The notes below the pieces were generated by a model. It saw only the letters and a program-made list of their open reading frames with translations, ran no database searches and was not told where the DNA came from. DNA of 43,110 bases from a virus (Duplodnaviria > Caudoviricetes), in IMG/VR virus record IMGVR_UViG_3300043117_000136, positions 1 to 43,110 of that record. The stretch is one strand, 5' to 3'. Below, one piece after another: positions 9,584 through 19,899 of the stretch (position 1 is its first letter; the number at the start of each line of letters is the position of its first letter). The translations under genes and the position numbers were made by a program.

Positions 9584-10089
9584 TGAACGAACCCCTCCGC
9601 CTGACCGCCATCTTTGTACGCGACCTATTGAGCTATGACGAATCGCTTATAAAGATAGGACGCGACGGTGACACGATAACAGACTTTACTATCGGCTACA
9701 TTGCCATTGATTCACTCGGAGCTTCCCAGCGCCTAGCATCGGGCAAGAGTTACGACGGCGACACCGAGGTGATGACATACCAACAGCAGTGGCGCATGCC
9801 TGTTACTGTAACCTTTTACGGGGATGATGCATGGAGCAGGGCGACGAAATACGCGCTCCGCATACAATCACAGCAGGCGCTTGAACTCCAGGAGGTGCTA
9901 GGTATTGGAGTTTTTCAAGCAAGCAATATAACAGATGTCAAGATATTGACGGGGCAACAGTACGGCGAGCGGCTAGAACTGGCGCTTAATATCCATTACA
10001 GCACTCACGTTGATATTGACACGCGCAGAATAGATACAGAACAAATAAACCTTATCGCAGACCCAGAGCAGGAGATAATCTATGGCTAA
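9580..10089 (+). CDS. Tail terminator/neck protein
   Basis: Directly upstream of the sheath gene; coupled. Confidence 0.65.
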   Translation: MMNEPLRLTAIFVRDLLSYDESLIKIGRDGDTITDFTIGYIAIDSLGASQRLASGKSYDGDTEVMTYQQQWRMPVTVTFYGDDAWSRATKYALRIQSQQALELQEVLGIGVFQASNITDVKILTGQQYGERLELALNIHYSTHVDIDTRRIDTEQINLIADPEQEIIYG

Positions 10090-11578
10090 CATAAACAACG
10101 TTGTAAACGTTTCACTCGTTGAAGGCGGAGAGCTGGCGGCACGGGATAACCCCAATGTGGTTACTATCATGACCAGCCAACAGACCGGCCCGTTGTCAAG
10201 CGATAACCGCTATGCGCTCTATTCAGACGCGCAATCAGTAGCGGCGGATTTCGGCACGGCTTCCAAGATGGCCGACTTTGCAAACGCCTTTTTTGCTACA
10301 CAGCCGAACCCCACGAACGTGGGCGGGCTACTTGTGGCGGGATACTGGCGCGGCACTGACGAGGAAGTTGCAGCCACCGCCGCAGTGCTTGAAGGTGCGC
10401 AGATTTCGGAGGCAACCGCAGTCGGGCAGCTTCAGGAGATCAGCGACGGCACTTTTGATATTGACATTGACGGCGCAACAGAAAATATTACCGCGCTGGA
10501 CTTCCAGAGTATCACCACCATGGATGAAGCCGTTGCCGTTATCGATGCGGCACTGACCGGTGGCGTTGCGACCTTTGAGGATTCGCGCGTGGTTATTACG
10601 TCCAGCACTACGGGCGCTACCAGTGAGATTACATTTACAACCGACCCGGGAACGGGAACATATGTGGGTGAAATTCTGGCGTTGGCATCCGGCACAGGTG
10701 CAACTACTATACAGGGTGCAGCGGCTGAAACACTGACCGCAGAAACCAAGTTAGAAGCGGTGAACGAACTCGCGGGTCTTGTTAAATTCCGTGGCCTGAT
10801 GTTCATTGACGCACCTACCGACGAGGAAGCGAAAGACCTCGCAGAGTGGGGGCAAGCTAACAACGTCCTTCAATATGATGTGTTCGATCAGGCGGATCAG
10901 CTCAACATTGACCCGGCGAATATCGTGTGGGATATCAAGCTGTCTGGCCTGACAAATTACCGCATGTTGTACAGCAAGGCAGGCAATCGCAAGATGGCAG
11001 CCTCCTACATGGCCCGCACTCATACCGTTAATTTTAACGGGGAGAACACCGCGCTTACCATGCACTTAAAAGAGCTTTCAATTGCAGCAGAGGCTTACAC
11101 ACAAACCGAGATTACCGCGGCGAAGAATGTCGGGCTTGATATTTATACCACCATCAAGCGCACACCATGCATCCTGACCAGCGGCGCGAATGACTTTGTA
11201 GACAACCGTTATAACTTCATTGCTTATGCTGATGCGCTCCAGACAGATATGTACAACCTGCTTAAGCTGACCGGCACCAAGATCCCCCAGACGCGCCGGG
11301 GTGTTAATCAGTTGCTCGACCAGGCAGAAAAAACCACTCGCAACTTCCGCAGGGCTGGCGTATTCGCCCCCGGTACATGGACAAGTCCAGACTATTTCGG
11401 AGATCGTGAAACCTTCGAGCGTAACATTGAAGAGAATGGTTTTTACTGGATCGCGGGCAAGTTGGCAGACCAGCCGCAGAGTGACCGCGAGGCGCGCAAA
11501 TCTCCGGTGTTGCAGGGGGCTGTTAAGCTGGCGGGCGCAGTGCATAGCGTTGATATAATCGTCAACATCAATAAATAG
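10082..11578 (+). CDS. Contractile tail sheath protein (DUF3383-like)
   Basis: 498 aa; I.NVVNVS N-terminus; R.AR.SP...AGAVHSVDI C-terminus. Confidence 0.9.
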   Translation: MANINNVVNVSLVEGGELAARDNPNVVTIMTSQQTGPLSSDNRYALYSDAQSVAADFGTASKMADFANAFFATQPNPTNVGGLLVAGYWRGTDEEVAATAAVLEGAQISEATAVGQLQEISDGTFDIDIDGATENITALDFQSITTMDEAVAVIDAALTGGVATFEDSRVVITSSTTGATSEITFTTDPGTGTYVGEILALASGTGATTIQGAAAETLTAETKLEAVNELAGLVKFRGLMFIDAPTDEEAKDLAEWGQANNVLQYDVFDQADQLNIDPANIVWDIKLSGLTNYRMLYSKAGNRKMAASYMARTHTVNFNGENTALTMHLKELSIAAEAYTQTEITAAKNVGLDIYTTIKRTPCILTSGANDFVDNRYNFIAYADALQTDMYNLLKLTGTKIPQTRRGVNQLLDQAEKTTRNFRRAGVFAPGTWTSPDYFGDRETFERNIEENGFYWIAGKLADQPQSDREARKSPVLQGAVKLAGAVHSVDIIVNINK

Positions 11579-11587
11579 AGGTGACAC

Positions 11588-12022
11588 ATGGCAGGAATAA
11601 TTACACTTGCAGCAGATAGTACCACGCTGATTCTAAACGGCACGGCTATTACCGACCTGGTAGAAGGCGATACCATCGTGCTTGCTCCGGTTAACCCGTC
11701 TACATCGCACGTAAACGCGATAGGCGGTGGGGTGAACATCAACGAGCGCAGCGACAAAGGCGTTTATGATGTGACCATTAACGTGCAGCGGTTTTCAGAG
11801 TCTGACGTACTCCTGAACAGTTGGAACCGCCAAAGCCCGCCGGAACTCATCAACGGCAGCGCGAAAGAGGATTACACGCGCGACGGCACGGACGGTGTAG
11901 AATCGTGGGTACTTGAAAACGGCAGCATTACCACCCAGCCCACGGCAACGAAAAACAGCACAGACGGGAACGCGGAATCTCAATATGTGATTCGCTTCCG
12001 AAATGTTAGCCGTGACCTGTAA
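11588..12022 (+). CDS. Tail tube protein
   Basis: 144 aa right after the sheath gene. Confidence 0.8.
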   Translation: MAGIITLAADSTTLILNGTAITDLVEGDTIVLAPVNPSTSHVNAIGGGVNINERSDKGVYDVTINVQRFSESDVLLNSWNRQSPPELINGSAKEDYTRDGTDGVESWVLENGSITTQPTATKNSTDGNAESQYVIRFRNVSRDL

Positions 12023-12026
12023 GGTG

Positions 12027-12098
12027 TGATATACTGAATAGCGGATAGAGTCGCGCACTCGAAAAGCTGGATACCCGGCCAGCCTTCCGCTTTTCTTC
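12027..12098 (+). promoter_or_regulatory. Extended -10 promoter plus a structured leader (three-way junction)
   Basis: TGaTATACT at 12027-12035; stems AGCGGA/TCCGCT, GAGT/ACTC, GCTGG/CCAGC; T-rich tail. Confidence 0.5.
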
Positions 12099-12116
12099 TC
12101 CGGGATCGTTGCAAGG

Positions 12117-12500
12117 GTGAATGATATGACCGAACAAACCGAACAAGAACAATTCCAGCAAGCAAAAGACATGATGCGCGCAGTCCATGAGGACAAGTGT
12201 GCAACAATAAACGGGCGGGATTACAACATTACAAACATAAACCATGCCAAACGCCGTAAAGTATTCGCGTTTTTCTCACGCATCCAAAACGATCTTCAAC
12301 GCGGGGATTTTTGGTGGCTGGAGTCTGAGGAATGGCAGAGCGTGGAGAAAGTGATTGAGGACGTCGTCACATTTAATGGCAGTTTGCTTTCCCGTATCAA
12401 TAACCACTGGGATAATTATCCGAATGATTACTTGATATTTGTACAGACAATGCTGGGGGCAATCAGCTACCCTTTTTTGCCAGAAAGCGATGGAAGCTAA
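12117..12500 (+). CDS. Tail assembly chaperone (G)
   Basis: Between tube and tape measure; slippery site near the 3' end; ATG at 12126 is an alternative start. Confidence 0.8.
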   Translation: MNDMTEQTEQEQFQQAKDMMRAVHEDKCATINGRDYNITNINHAKRRKVFAFFSRIQNDLQRGDFWWLESEEWQSVEKVIEDVVTFNGSLLSRINNHWDNYPNDYLIFVQTMLGAISYPFLPESDGS

Positions 12501-12718
12501 AGGTATATGCTCCATCGGCGAATGATGATTATATCCAGCACACCAACTTAGACGATGACACAATGGCGGTGCTGTATCTCTCCAAACAGGGGTACGGCAC
12601 CCCGGCACAAATACGCGAATGGGATACACCAGACTTTCTGGACGCGCTGGAATATGAATCGATAGAGAACGCCATCGGGCGGCATTTGAGATGGAAAGCG
12701 GAGCAGGAAAGGAAATAG
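12470..12718 (+). CDS. -1 frameshift extension of the tail chaperone (GT)
   Basis: C CCT TTT TTG at 12470-12479; -1 frame open from 12470 to TAG at 12716-12718 (...NDDYIQHTNLDDDTMAVLYL...AEQERK). Confidence 0.8.
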   Translation, partial: PFFARKRWKLKVYAPSANDDYIQHTNLDDDTMAVLYLSKQGYGTPAQIREWDTPDFLDALEYESIENAIGRHLRWKAEQERK

Positions 12719-12719
12719 G

Positions 12720-14216
12720 ATGGCAACCGTCACGGAACTGGTCACAAAGTTTAGTTTTCAAGGCTCTTCCGCGCCGCTGTCGAAGTATAACGCCACGCTC
12801 GGAAAAGGCATTGGACTGCTCGCGGGATTTGCCACTACTACCGCCGCTGCGACAGCCGCCTTTGCAAAGTGGACGAGTGGCGTGCTTGCCGCAGAGCAGC
12901 CGCTTATCAACCTGTCCTCTCAAACCGGTATCGCGGTTGAAACCATCCAAGAATTAGGCTATGTGGCAAGCGTGAGCAACTCCAGTATAGGGGCTATGAA
13001 CTCCACGTTGGAGGGCTTGTCTGAAAAGATAGGCGAGGCGGCGCAGAAAGGCAGCGAGGACTTTTCCCGCCTGGGTATATCCGTGCGTGACGCTAACGGC
13101 AATATAAAAAATGCCAACACCCTTTTACTCGAAGTGGGGCAGAGATTCCGACAGTTAAATCTATCCATGTCAGAGCAACAGTCTTTTGCCGAGGCGCTAG
13201 GCATTGACCCTTCCCTGCTCACCCTTCTCAACCGATCGTCTTCCGAGATTCGGAACCTACGCGCGGAAGCCCGCGAGCTAGGCATACTCACAAAAGAGCA
13301 GACCGAGCAGGCCATGGAGTACAACGATTCTATGACTCGCATGAATACTGTAATGGATTCGGTGCGTAGGCTTGCAGCGGTGGGGCTTGCTCCGCAGATG
13401 GAAGAACTCACAAAGCGCTTTACCACCCTGATAAAAGAGAATAAAGATTGGGTAATTGACGGGATACAGGCCTCATCCAAAGGGCTGATGAACCTGATGG
13501 ATGCGTTCAAGCGCCTGGCCCCATTTATGGCCGTGCTAATTGCATCGTTCGTTACGGCAAAAGTTGCCACACTAGGATTCTCAGGGGCGCTCGGTGTTCT
13601 GTTTTCTCCAGCCGTGCTCATTGCGGCAGGTATAGCAGGGATTCTCCTTGTGCTGGACGACCTCATTGTGGCCTTCCGAGGCGGCAAATCTGTTATACGC
13701 GACTTCTTCCTTGAGTTTTTCAACTTCGATATTCAGCCGGTACTTGTTGGAATCGTTGACGGTTTTATGCAGTTATTTGAAACGCTGAAAGGTCTTGCCA
13801 ATGGATGGCTTGCGGCGCTCGGCGGCATATTCTCCGGCATTGGGAGCATTCTCAAGGGAAACTTTATGCAGGGGCTGGACGATCTGAACGAGGCGTACTT
13901 CATATGGATTGATAGTCTTGCAGAAGCGTTCAAGGACATGTTTGGCGGCGTGTTTGATTGGCTCAGAGATAAAATAAGCGGCCTTATACCTGACTGGCTT
14001 GTTGACTTTATCCGCATTGATGTTGCCTTGCCTGATCCCTCTATGCGCCCCGGTGGTGGTAATCAGGTGAGCAACCAGACAAGCAACCGCACAGAGGTGA
14101 ACGTGCAACAGAACATCCGCACAAACGACCCGGAGAGAGCGGGCCGTGTGGCGGCTGATTCTCTACAGCGCCAGCTTGAGGACACACAGACCCAGACTAA
14201 CCGAGGGGGTATGTAA
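12720..14216 (+). CDS. Tape measure protein
   Basis: 498 aa, Ala/Leu/Gly-rich helical, with a hydrophobic segment and periodic aromatics. Confidence 0.9.
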   Translation: MATVTELVTKFSFQGSSAPLSKYNATLGKGIGLLAGFATTTAAATAAFAKWTSGVLAAEQPLINLSSQTGIAVETIQELGYVASVSNSSIGAMNSTLEGLSEKIGEAAQKGSEDFSRLGISVRDANGNIKNANTLLLEVGQRFRQLNLSMSEQQSFAEALGIDPSLLTLLNRSSSEIRNLRAEARELGILTKEQTEQAMEYNDSMTRMNTVMDSVRRLAAVGLAPQMEELTKRFTTLIKENKDWVIDGIQASSKGLMNLMDAFKRLAPFMAVLIASFVTAKVATLGFSGALGVLFSPAVLIAAGIAGILLVLDDLIVAFRGGKSVIRDFFLEFFNFDIQPVLVGIVDGFMQLFETLKGLANGWLAALGGIFSGIGSILKGNFMQGLDDLNEAYFIWIDSLAEAFKDMFGGVFDWLRDKISGLIPDWLVDFIRIDVALPDPSMRPGGGNQVSNQTSNRTEVNVQQNIRTNDPERAGRVAADSLQRQLEDTQTQTNRGGM

Positions 14217-14987
14217 ATGGCGGTGATACGCGACTTTATAGATGGGCAGTTTAAAGATGATGCCGAAGAGCCGGTAGAGATTGGCGGGATTAAGACAATC
14301 GCCCGTGTGCGCGAGAAGGTATCCCGTACCCGCGAAGTACCCACGACATACCTTGAGGATGGCAGCCACGTAAACGACCACATCATCCGCAATCCGCTCA
14401 CGCTTCAGATCGAGGGGAGTGTGTCGAATGTATATCGCGCCCCATCCCCTGCGGTGGCTGCACAGCAAACACTCCAGAGCGAATTAGGCAACATAACACA
14501 ATACGCCCCCGGAAGAACACAGGCACAACTCAGCAGGATATCCGGACTTGTCGCAGACCTCACCGGCGTAATTGACCGGGTGGATACTGCCATTCAAAGC
14601 GGGCAGCAGGCGGCGCGGTTTCTTGGCTTTACAAGCGACGAGGGTAAAACAAACATTGAGAATTTCATTGACAAAATGGAAGGATGGATGAACAGCGACG
14701 CCCTCACAAGTATTGACATGCCTTTTCGCACTTACAGGGATATGGCGATTACCTCCCTCGATTATGAGCGCAATAATCAGACCGACAGCTTGACGTTTAC
14801 AATTGAGGCGCAGCAATTCAGATTTGTGCAGACGCTCTTTGTCGAAGCTTCAGCCGCTCCGAACCCCGCCGCAGGAAATAACGGCGCACAGGCTGGCGAA
14901 GCGGACAAGGGCGCACAAGAGGGCGAGGATGTGCCGGAGTCGTTGGGCAGTCAGGGTGTGCAGTTTATCAGGGGATTTTTTGAATGA
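14217..14987 (+). CDS. Baseplate / tail-tube initiator protein
   Basis: VP...LEDGS..NDH..RNP motif; follows tape measure. Confidence 0.75.
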   Translation: MAVIRDFIDGQFKDDAEEPVEIGGIKTIARVREKVSRTREVPTTYLEDGSHVNDHIIRNPLTLQIEGSVSNVYRAPSPAVAAQQTLQSELGNITQYAPGRTQAQLSRISGLVADLTGVIDRVDTAIQSGQQAARFLGFTSDEGKTNIENFIDKMEGWMNSDALTSIDMPFRTYRDMAITSLDYERNNQTDSLTFTIEAQQFRFVQTLFVEASAAPNPAAGNNGAQAGEADKGAQEGEDVPESLGSQGVQFIRGFFE

Positions 14988-15322
14988 AGCGAATCCAGAA
15001 TATCACAGATGAGCCGATACAGCGCCACACAATAATATTTGACGAGGAGCAGATTGTTTTACGCCTGCGATTCTATCCGCGTACAGAGATATGGTGCATG
15101 GATCTGGAGTACAAAAACTGGCAAGTGTTCGGGCTTAAGCTGTCCGTCGGTGGGTTGCACATGATAAGCCACAGCATGCCTTTTGATTTCGTAGTATCCG
15201 ACAACTCCGGCGAAGGGATAGACCCGTTCAAGCGTGACGATTTCCAGAGCAGACGCTGTACTCTGCTCATGCTTACCCGTGACGAGATGGCGAGCATCCG
15301 GGGAAATGAGGTGCCAGCATGA
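14984..15322 (+). CDS. Small baseplate protein
   Basis: Gene order; coupled ORF. Confidence 0.6.
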   Translation: MKRIQNITDEPIQRHTIIFDEEQIVLRLRFYPRTEIWCMDLEYKNWQVFGLKLSVGGLHMISHSMPFDFVVSDNSGEGIDPFKRDDFQSRRCTLLMLTRDEMASIRGNEVPA

Positions 15323-16143
15323 AACGCTTTAACCGCGAATTTGAATTAGTTGTACGCGCCCAGGGGGGTGATGTAATAGTGCGCCCGCCCCGGCGCATAT
15401 CGTTTCAAGGGGATAAATCCATACGCGGGCAGCTCAATAAAGTACAGATCCAGCTTTACAATCTCCCCGAAAGATACCGGCTTGCTATGGTTAAGGACGC
15501 AGAGGAAGTGAAACACATCCCCCTTACCCTTGCCGTGGGATACAAGGGCAGTCTTGACTTGGTATTTAAGGGCACAGTCCACAAAGGCAGTAACGCCCGC
15601 GAGGGTGCCGATATTATCACCACTTTGGAAGGGCTAGATGGCGGCTTTGACCAGCGCAACAGCTACACCTCCAGAGTTGTAGAGGGCGCACAGCAGGCAA
15701 TAAATGCGGCACTGGCTGACATGGCGAATACAACAGAGGGCAAGATACGCCCGCGCCCAGTGCTTACACGCCCGAAAGTGTTGATTGGCAACTCACTCAA
15801 ACTCATTGAGGACATGATCGGGCCGAATGAGTCATGGTATATCGACGACGAGCAATTATATATTGTGGCAGACAATGAGGTGGTGGGTAATTACATCCCC
15901 ACAGTAAGCGCGGAAACCGGCCTTATCTCCACGCCCACGAGGGAGAATCAAGAGGTGACATTCCAGACGCTCATGAATCCTGCGGTTAAGATAGGGCGGC
16001 GCGTTAATCTCATATCTGCCACGGCTCCGCACTTAAATGGTGTGTATAAAATCGACACAATAAGTTATCAGGGCGACAACTACGGAGACGAATGGAGCCA
16101 GACTTGCACCGGAAGACTAGCGGCGGGGGCGGTGATACTATGA
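15319..16143 (+). CDS. Baseplate hub protein
   Basis: LAVGY...F.G, TGLI.TP and GDN.G.EW motifs. Confidence 0.8.
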   Translation: MKRFNREFELVVRAQGGDVIVRPPRRISFQGDKSIRGQLNKVQIQLYNLPERYRLAMVKDAEEVKHIPLTLAVGYKGSLDLVFKGTVHKGSNAREGADIITTLEGLDGGFDQRNSYTSRVVEGAQQAINAALADMANTTEGKIRPRPVLTRPKVLIGNSLKLIEDMIGPNESWYIDDEQLYIVADNEVVGNYIPTVSAETGLISTPTRENQEVTFQTLMNPAVKIGRRVNLISATAPHLNGVYKIDTISYQGDNYGDEWSQTCTGRLAAGAVIL

Positions 16144-16817
16144 CACAGAAAAGACGCCAGCTTGTTGAGACTATAGACCAGGCGATACACTTCGCACTTG
16201 CGAACCTTCACACCTCCACGATTGCGCGAGTGGTTGCAGTAGATGAAACTACAATAGATGTGCAGCCGGTTATCAATCGAGTTGTGGAGGGTGAGTCTAT
16301 CCCGCTGCCGGTGCTAAAGAAGGTTCCTCCGGTGTTTTTGCAAGGCGGCGGCAGCTACTCAGCTCATCCTATTAATATTGGCGATTATTGCCTGCTTATC
16401 CTTACAGAGCGGTGCTTTGATCGGTGGTATGAGGGGCAGGACGAACGATCCCCTGCAGAGTTTCGCATGCACGATTACAGCGATGGGATTGCCATTGTGG
16501 GGCTTAATCCACGTGCAGGGGCGCTTACCATTCCGCAGGTTATTACGCACATTGGTGATACATATGCGGAAGGTAATTATGAGCAAAAAGGGAATTACAC
16601 GCACACTGGAGACCGGGAGCAGACAGGCAACCAGATAGTAAACGGCAATGTCACAATAAACGGTAGCCTGACTATAAACGCCTCAGAAGGTGACACCGTT
16701 GTGGTCAATGGCGTAACCCTTGAGGTATCCGGCGGTGATGTGATTGCAGACGGGGTAAGCCTTAAAACCCATACACACCCCGGCGACAGCGGCGGCACAA
16801 CGGGAGAGCCTAACTGA
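16140..16817 (+). CDS. Baseplate spike (gp138/gpV-like)
   Basis: GD.CL....ER, R.HD.SD, beta-helix repeats, terminal HTH iron-binding motif; start moved to 16140. Confidence 0.9.
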   Translation: MTQKRRQLVETIDQAIHFALANLHTSTIARVVAVDETTIDVQPVINRVVEGESIPLPVLKKVPPVFLQGGGSYSAHPINIGDYCLLILTERCFDRWYEGQDERSPAEFRMHDYSDGIAIVGLNPRAGALTIPQVITHIGDTYAEGNYEQKGNYTHTGDREQTGNQIVNGNVTINGSLTINASEGDTVVVNGVTLEVSGGDVIADGVSLKTHTHPGDSGGTTGEPN

Positions 16818-17179
16818 TGAAAGTATCACGCATTACAAAAGACGGAGACTGGACGTTTGGAAAAGGCCGGGCGAATTACACTCGCAACGAAAAAGCCATC
16901 GCACAGAATGTTGTTACGCGCCTGCGCTCATTTACCGACGATTGGTTTATCAATATCGAACACGGCATACCGTGGTTCGCTTTACTAGGCCAGCGCGGCA
17001 CAGAGCGGCGTATACTGCGCGCTATAGAGCGCACAGTGCTGCAAACTGAAGGTGTGCGGGAGGTAACGCGCCTTGAGATTATCCGGCGCGATGGCGACAG
17101 GGGCATACTGATTGACATCGAGTATGTAAATGTGTACAATAACAACACAGCATTAAATAATCTGGAGTTGCCCGTATGA
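16817..17179 (+). CDS. Baseplate wedge subunit (gp25/gp46-like)
   Basis: GDWTFG...Q...TRL....DWF....G.PW. Confidence 0.75.
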   Translation: MKVSRITKDGDWTFGKGRANYTRNEKAIAQNVVTRLRSFTDDWFINIEHGIPWFALLGQRGTERRILRAIERTVLQTEGVREVTRLEIIRRDGDRGILIDIEYVNVYNNNTALNNLELPV

Positions 17180-18354
17180 AACCACAATTTACGCCCGACG
17201 GCGTAGAAGTCCAGACATATCAAGAGATATACGACGAGTTAGCCGCAGGTTATCGGGACATATACGGCGAGGATATCAACCTCGACCCGGACAGCCCCGA
17301 CGGGCAGCGTATCGGTATCGAAGCACAGGCGCGACTTGATCTCCAGTCGTTCGGGCTACTCCTGTATCAACAGATTGATCCGGATTTTTCCCTTGGGCAG
17401 CGCCTTAACTCCTTGATTAAACTCTCCGGCATTACGCGCCGCCCCGCCGCACGATCTCAAGTTGATGTGACTATTACGACAGATAGAGCGCTCACGCTCC
17501 CGAAGGATTATGCCGTTGAGGATGACCTGGGGCAAGCATGGATTACATTGTCAGAGATCGACCTGGTATCTGGCGAGAATACCGTTACGCTGTTTGCCGA
17601 GGAGTTCGGCGCGGTTGAAGCCGATGCTGGAACCATAACAGAACAGGCGACCTTTGTTATTGGGGTGGAATCTGTCACTAACCCTGACGCCGCAACCGTT
17701 GGGCGCGACGAAGAAACAGACGAAGAACTGCGCATCAGGCGTAACAGATCGCTAGAAACACCGCGATCATCTAGTACAGGCAGGCTGTTTACTGCGCTAG
17801 CCGATTTATTGAATGTGACAGATGTGGTCGTGTATGAGAATGATACAGATGTTACTGATTCGAGGGGAATCCCCGCCCATAGTCTGTGGGTAGTAATTGA
17901 GGGCGGAGCGGTTGACAATATCGTTGAGACAATGGTGAAAAATAAGACCGGAGGGAAACCCATGATCGGGGCTATATCCGGCACATACGATGAAGCAGTT
18001 ATCCGTCCTGACGGTTCCGTTTTTACAATAGTCCATGAGATGTATTTTGATAGACCGACAATGGTTGACATCCATGTGCGGCTAAATGCCACGCGCAAAG
18101 AGGACGATTCTATTATTGATGAGGGATTAATTGCATCTGAAATAGCAAAAAAGACTTTTGTTATCGGAGAAAACTTACTTGCAGCTGACCTTTATCGCTA
18201 CGCTTTTAATGCGGGGAATTGTTTTATCCCCACTAATTTGGAGATAAGCGCTGATGGAGGTGCAACATGGACGGACGGGCGTTTAGTATCTGCGCTGGAT
18301 GAGAAGTACACCATTGATGCGGGTAATGTGACAGTTACAGAGGTAATACCGTAA
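17176..18354 (+). CDS. Baseplate J/gp47-like protein
   Basis: SPDGQ, G.DEETD.ELR.R and IPAHS motifs. Confidence 0.9.
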   Translation: MKPQFTPDGVEVQTYQEIYDELAAGYRDIYGEDINLDPDSPDGQRIGIEAQARLDLQSFGLLLYQQIDPDFSLGQRLNSLIKLSGITRRPAARSQVDVTITTDRALTLPKDYAVEDDLGQAWITLSEIDLVSGENTVTLFAEEFGAVEADAGTITEQATFVIGVESVTNPDAATVGRDEETDEELRIRRNRSLETPRSSSTGRLFTALADLLNVTDVVVYENDTDVTDSRGIPAHSLWVVIEGGAVDNIVETMVKNKTGGKPMIGAISGTYDEAVIRPDGSVFTIVHEMYFDRPTMVDIHVRLNATRKEDDSIIDEGLIASEIAKKTFVIGENLLAADLYRYAFNAGNCFIPTNLEISADGGATWTDGRLVSALDEKYTIDAGNVTVTEVIP

Positions 18355-19082
18355 TGACCGATTATGTGCAAGCATATGTTGATTTACTGATAAAGCAGTA
18401 TTGGCAGAATCCCAATGCCACCGCAGAAATTGCGTTGCAGGCTAGCACATGGGAGCGGGTGTTTAAATGGCTCGACAGTTTCCCTGATGAGTTCGACCTG
18501 GATATTGCTACGGGAGACAGGCTGGATATTATCGGGCGCATTGTAGGGATTGATAGGATTATTCCGTTTGTCGTCCCTAAGATTGCGTTTGGATTTGCCG
18601 AGAATCCTAATGCACGAGGATTTGACGATAAATTCTCACCACTTGCAAACTGTGCCCCGTTTCAAGATAAATTTGAAAGATCTTATACAAATTTACAGCT
18701 TGATGATGAGGGCTTGCGATTTTTCATCCATGCACGTATTGCTAAAAATGTAGGCTCGCCCTATATGGTAGAAGCTGATGAGACTCTGTCTATTCAAGAT
18801 GCTATAAATACGCTCTTTGATGGCAATGCTTATGTGCTCGATAATAAAGACATGAGCTTAACGCTTTATATATCACCATCTTATAATCTTGATAGATTGC
18901 AAGCAATTATAAAACTTGATTTGCTCCCGAAACCTCAAGGGGTGCAGTATAAATATATTGTTCAGGCTGAGCCGGGGGAGACTTTCGGTTTTTCTGATAA
19001 TCCTTATGCGCAGCCTTTTGCAGACAAATTTGATTTAGAAAATCAACCAGGCGGGCGATTTGCAAGAAAGGTGTTAATCTGA
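18354..19082 (+). CDS. Baseplate wedge protein (DUF2612-like)
   Basis: LD.A.G..LDIIG.IVG..R; LPKPQGV. Confidence 0.85.
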   Translation: MTDYVQAYVDLLIKQYWQNPNATAEIALQASTWERVFKWLDSFPDEFDLDIATGDRLDIIGRIVGIDRIIPFVVPKIAFGFAENPNARGFDDKFSPLANCAPFQDKFERSYTNLQLDDEGLRFFIHARIAKNVGSPYMVEADETLSIQDAINTLFDGNAYVLDNKDMSLTLYISPSYNLDRLQAIIKLDLLPKPQGVQYKYIVQAEPGETFGFSDNPYAQPFADKFDLENQPGGRFARKVLI

Positions 19083-19555
19083 TGGCAAAAATAGAGAGAT
19101 ATAATGGGGATTTGCGAGCGTTTGCAAGCGAATCAATAAGCACAGAGCGCACAATATTCGGTTCCACTGATCAGGGAGACACGCTCGACGAAAATATCAC
19201 CGCTGATTTTCTGCGCGGGTGGGGTATTGTCGGAGTAAACGAAAATCCCACAAAACAGGATTTTAACGGTTTTGCGTATACTGTTACGCAGCTTATTGCA
19301 TATCTACATCAGCAGGGTATTCCAGAGTGGAACACATATCAGGAATATTACGAGGGAAGCCGGGCGAAAGGTAGCGATGGCGCAATATATAAATCTCTGA
19401 GTGGCACGTCTGGTTCTCCGAATATGGGGAACGACCCGACTGCTGATACTGTAAATTGGTGGAATGAAAGTGAAAACTTTTTCAAAGATTTGACGACTAA
19501 GACGATATATAAAATGGCCGTCGATAACGGGGTTAGCGTTTTAATTGAGCAATAG
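19082..19555 (+). CDS. Short tail fibre anchor (N-terminal domain only)
   Basis: GWG.....P..QDFN...YL.Q.GIPEW fibre N-terminal motif; only 157 aa. Confidence 0.75.
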   Translation: MAKIERYNGDLRAFASESISTERTIFGSTDQGDTLDENITADFLRGWGIVGVNENPTKQDFNGFAYTVTQLIAYLHQQGIPEWNTYQEYYEGSRAKGSDGAIYKSLSGTSGSPNMGNDPTADTVNWWNESENFFKDLTTKTIYKMAVDNGVSVLIEQ

Positions 19556-19563
19556 GAGCATAT

Positions 19564-19899
19564 ATGTACGGATACCCAAAAACGATAGAAACCAAGACCG
19601 ATGTCGCCGCTTTGACGGACTACATGGGCAGCAAGTGGGCCACGCAGGAAAACATCGACAAAAGCCTCGACTTTTTGCGCGGCCTGATTGAGAGCCGCAA
19701 GGCTTATTTTTTCGACAAGAACCTTGCCGAAGGCGAAGAGCCGACGGGATCTGCACCGGAGTATATCGTTCTGGAGCAGGAAGACGGAACGCGCAGACAA
19801 GAGGCCCTGGCCGATGACCCTAACGCGCGCATCTACCGCATGGGTTTTACTGTAGATGAAGTGCAGGCGCTCATAGATCAGATTGAAGGGAGTAAATAA
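19564..19899 (+). CDS. Hypothetical protein, probable fibre/RBP adaptor
   Basis: GGAG RBS; coupled to the first Mtd-like gene. Confidence 0.65.
   Translation: MYGYPKTIETKTDVAALTDYMGSKWATQENIDKSLDFLRGLIESRKAYFFDKNLAEGEEPTGSAPEYIVLEQEDGTRRQEALADDPNARIYRMGFTVDEVQALIDQIEGSK

Noticed and set aside
12041-12091. Hammerhead ribozyme
   Set aside because: Has three stems and GAAA but lacks the CUGANGA core.
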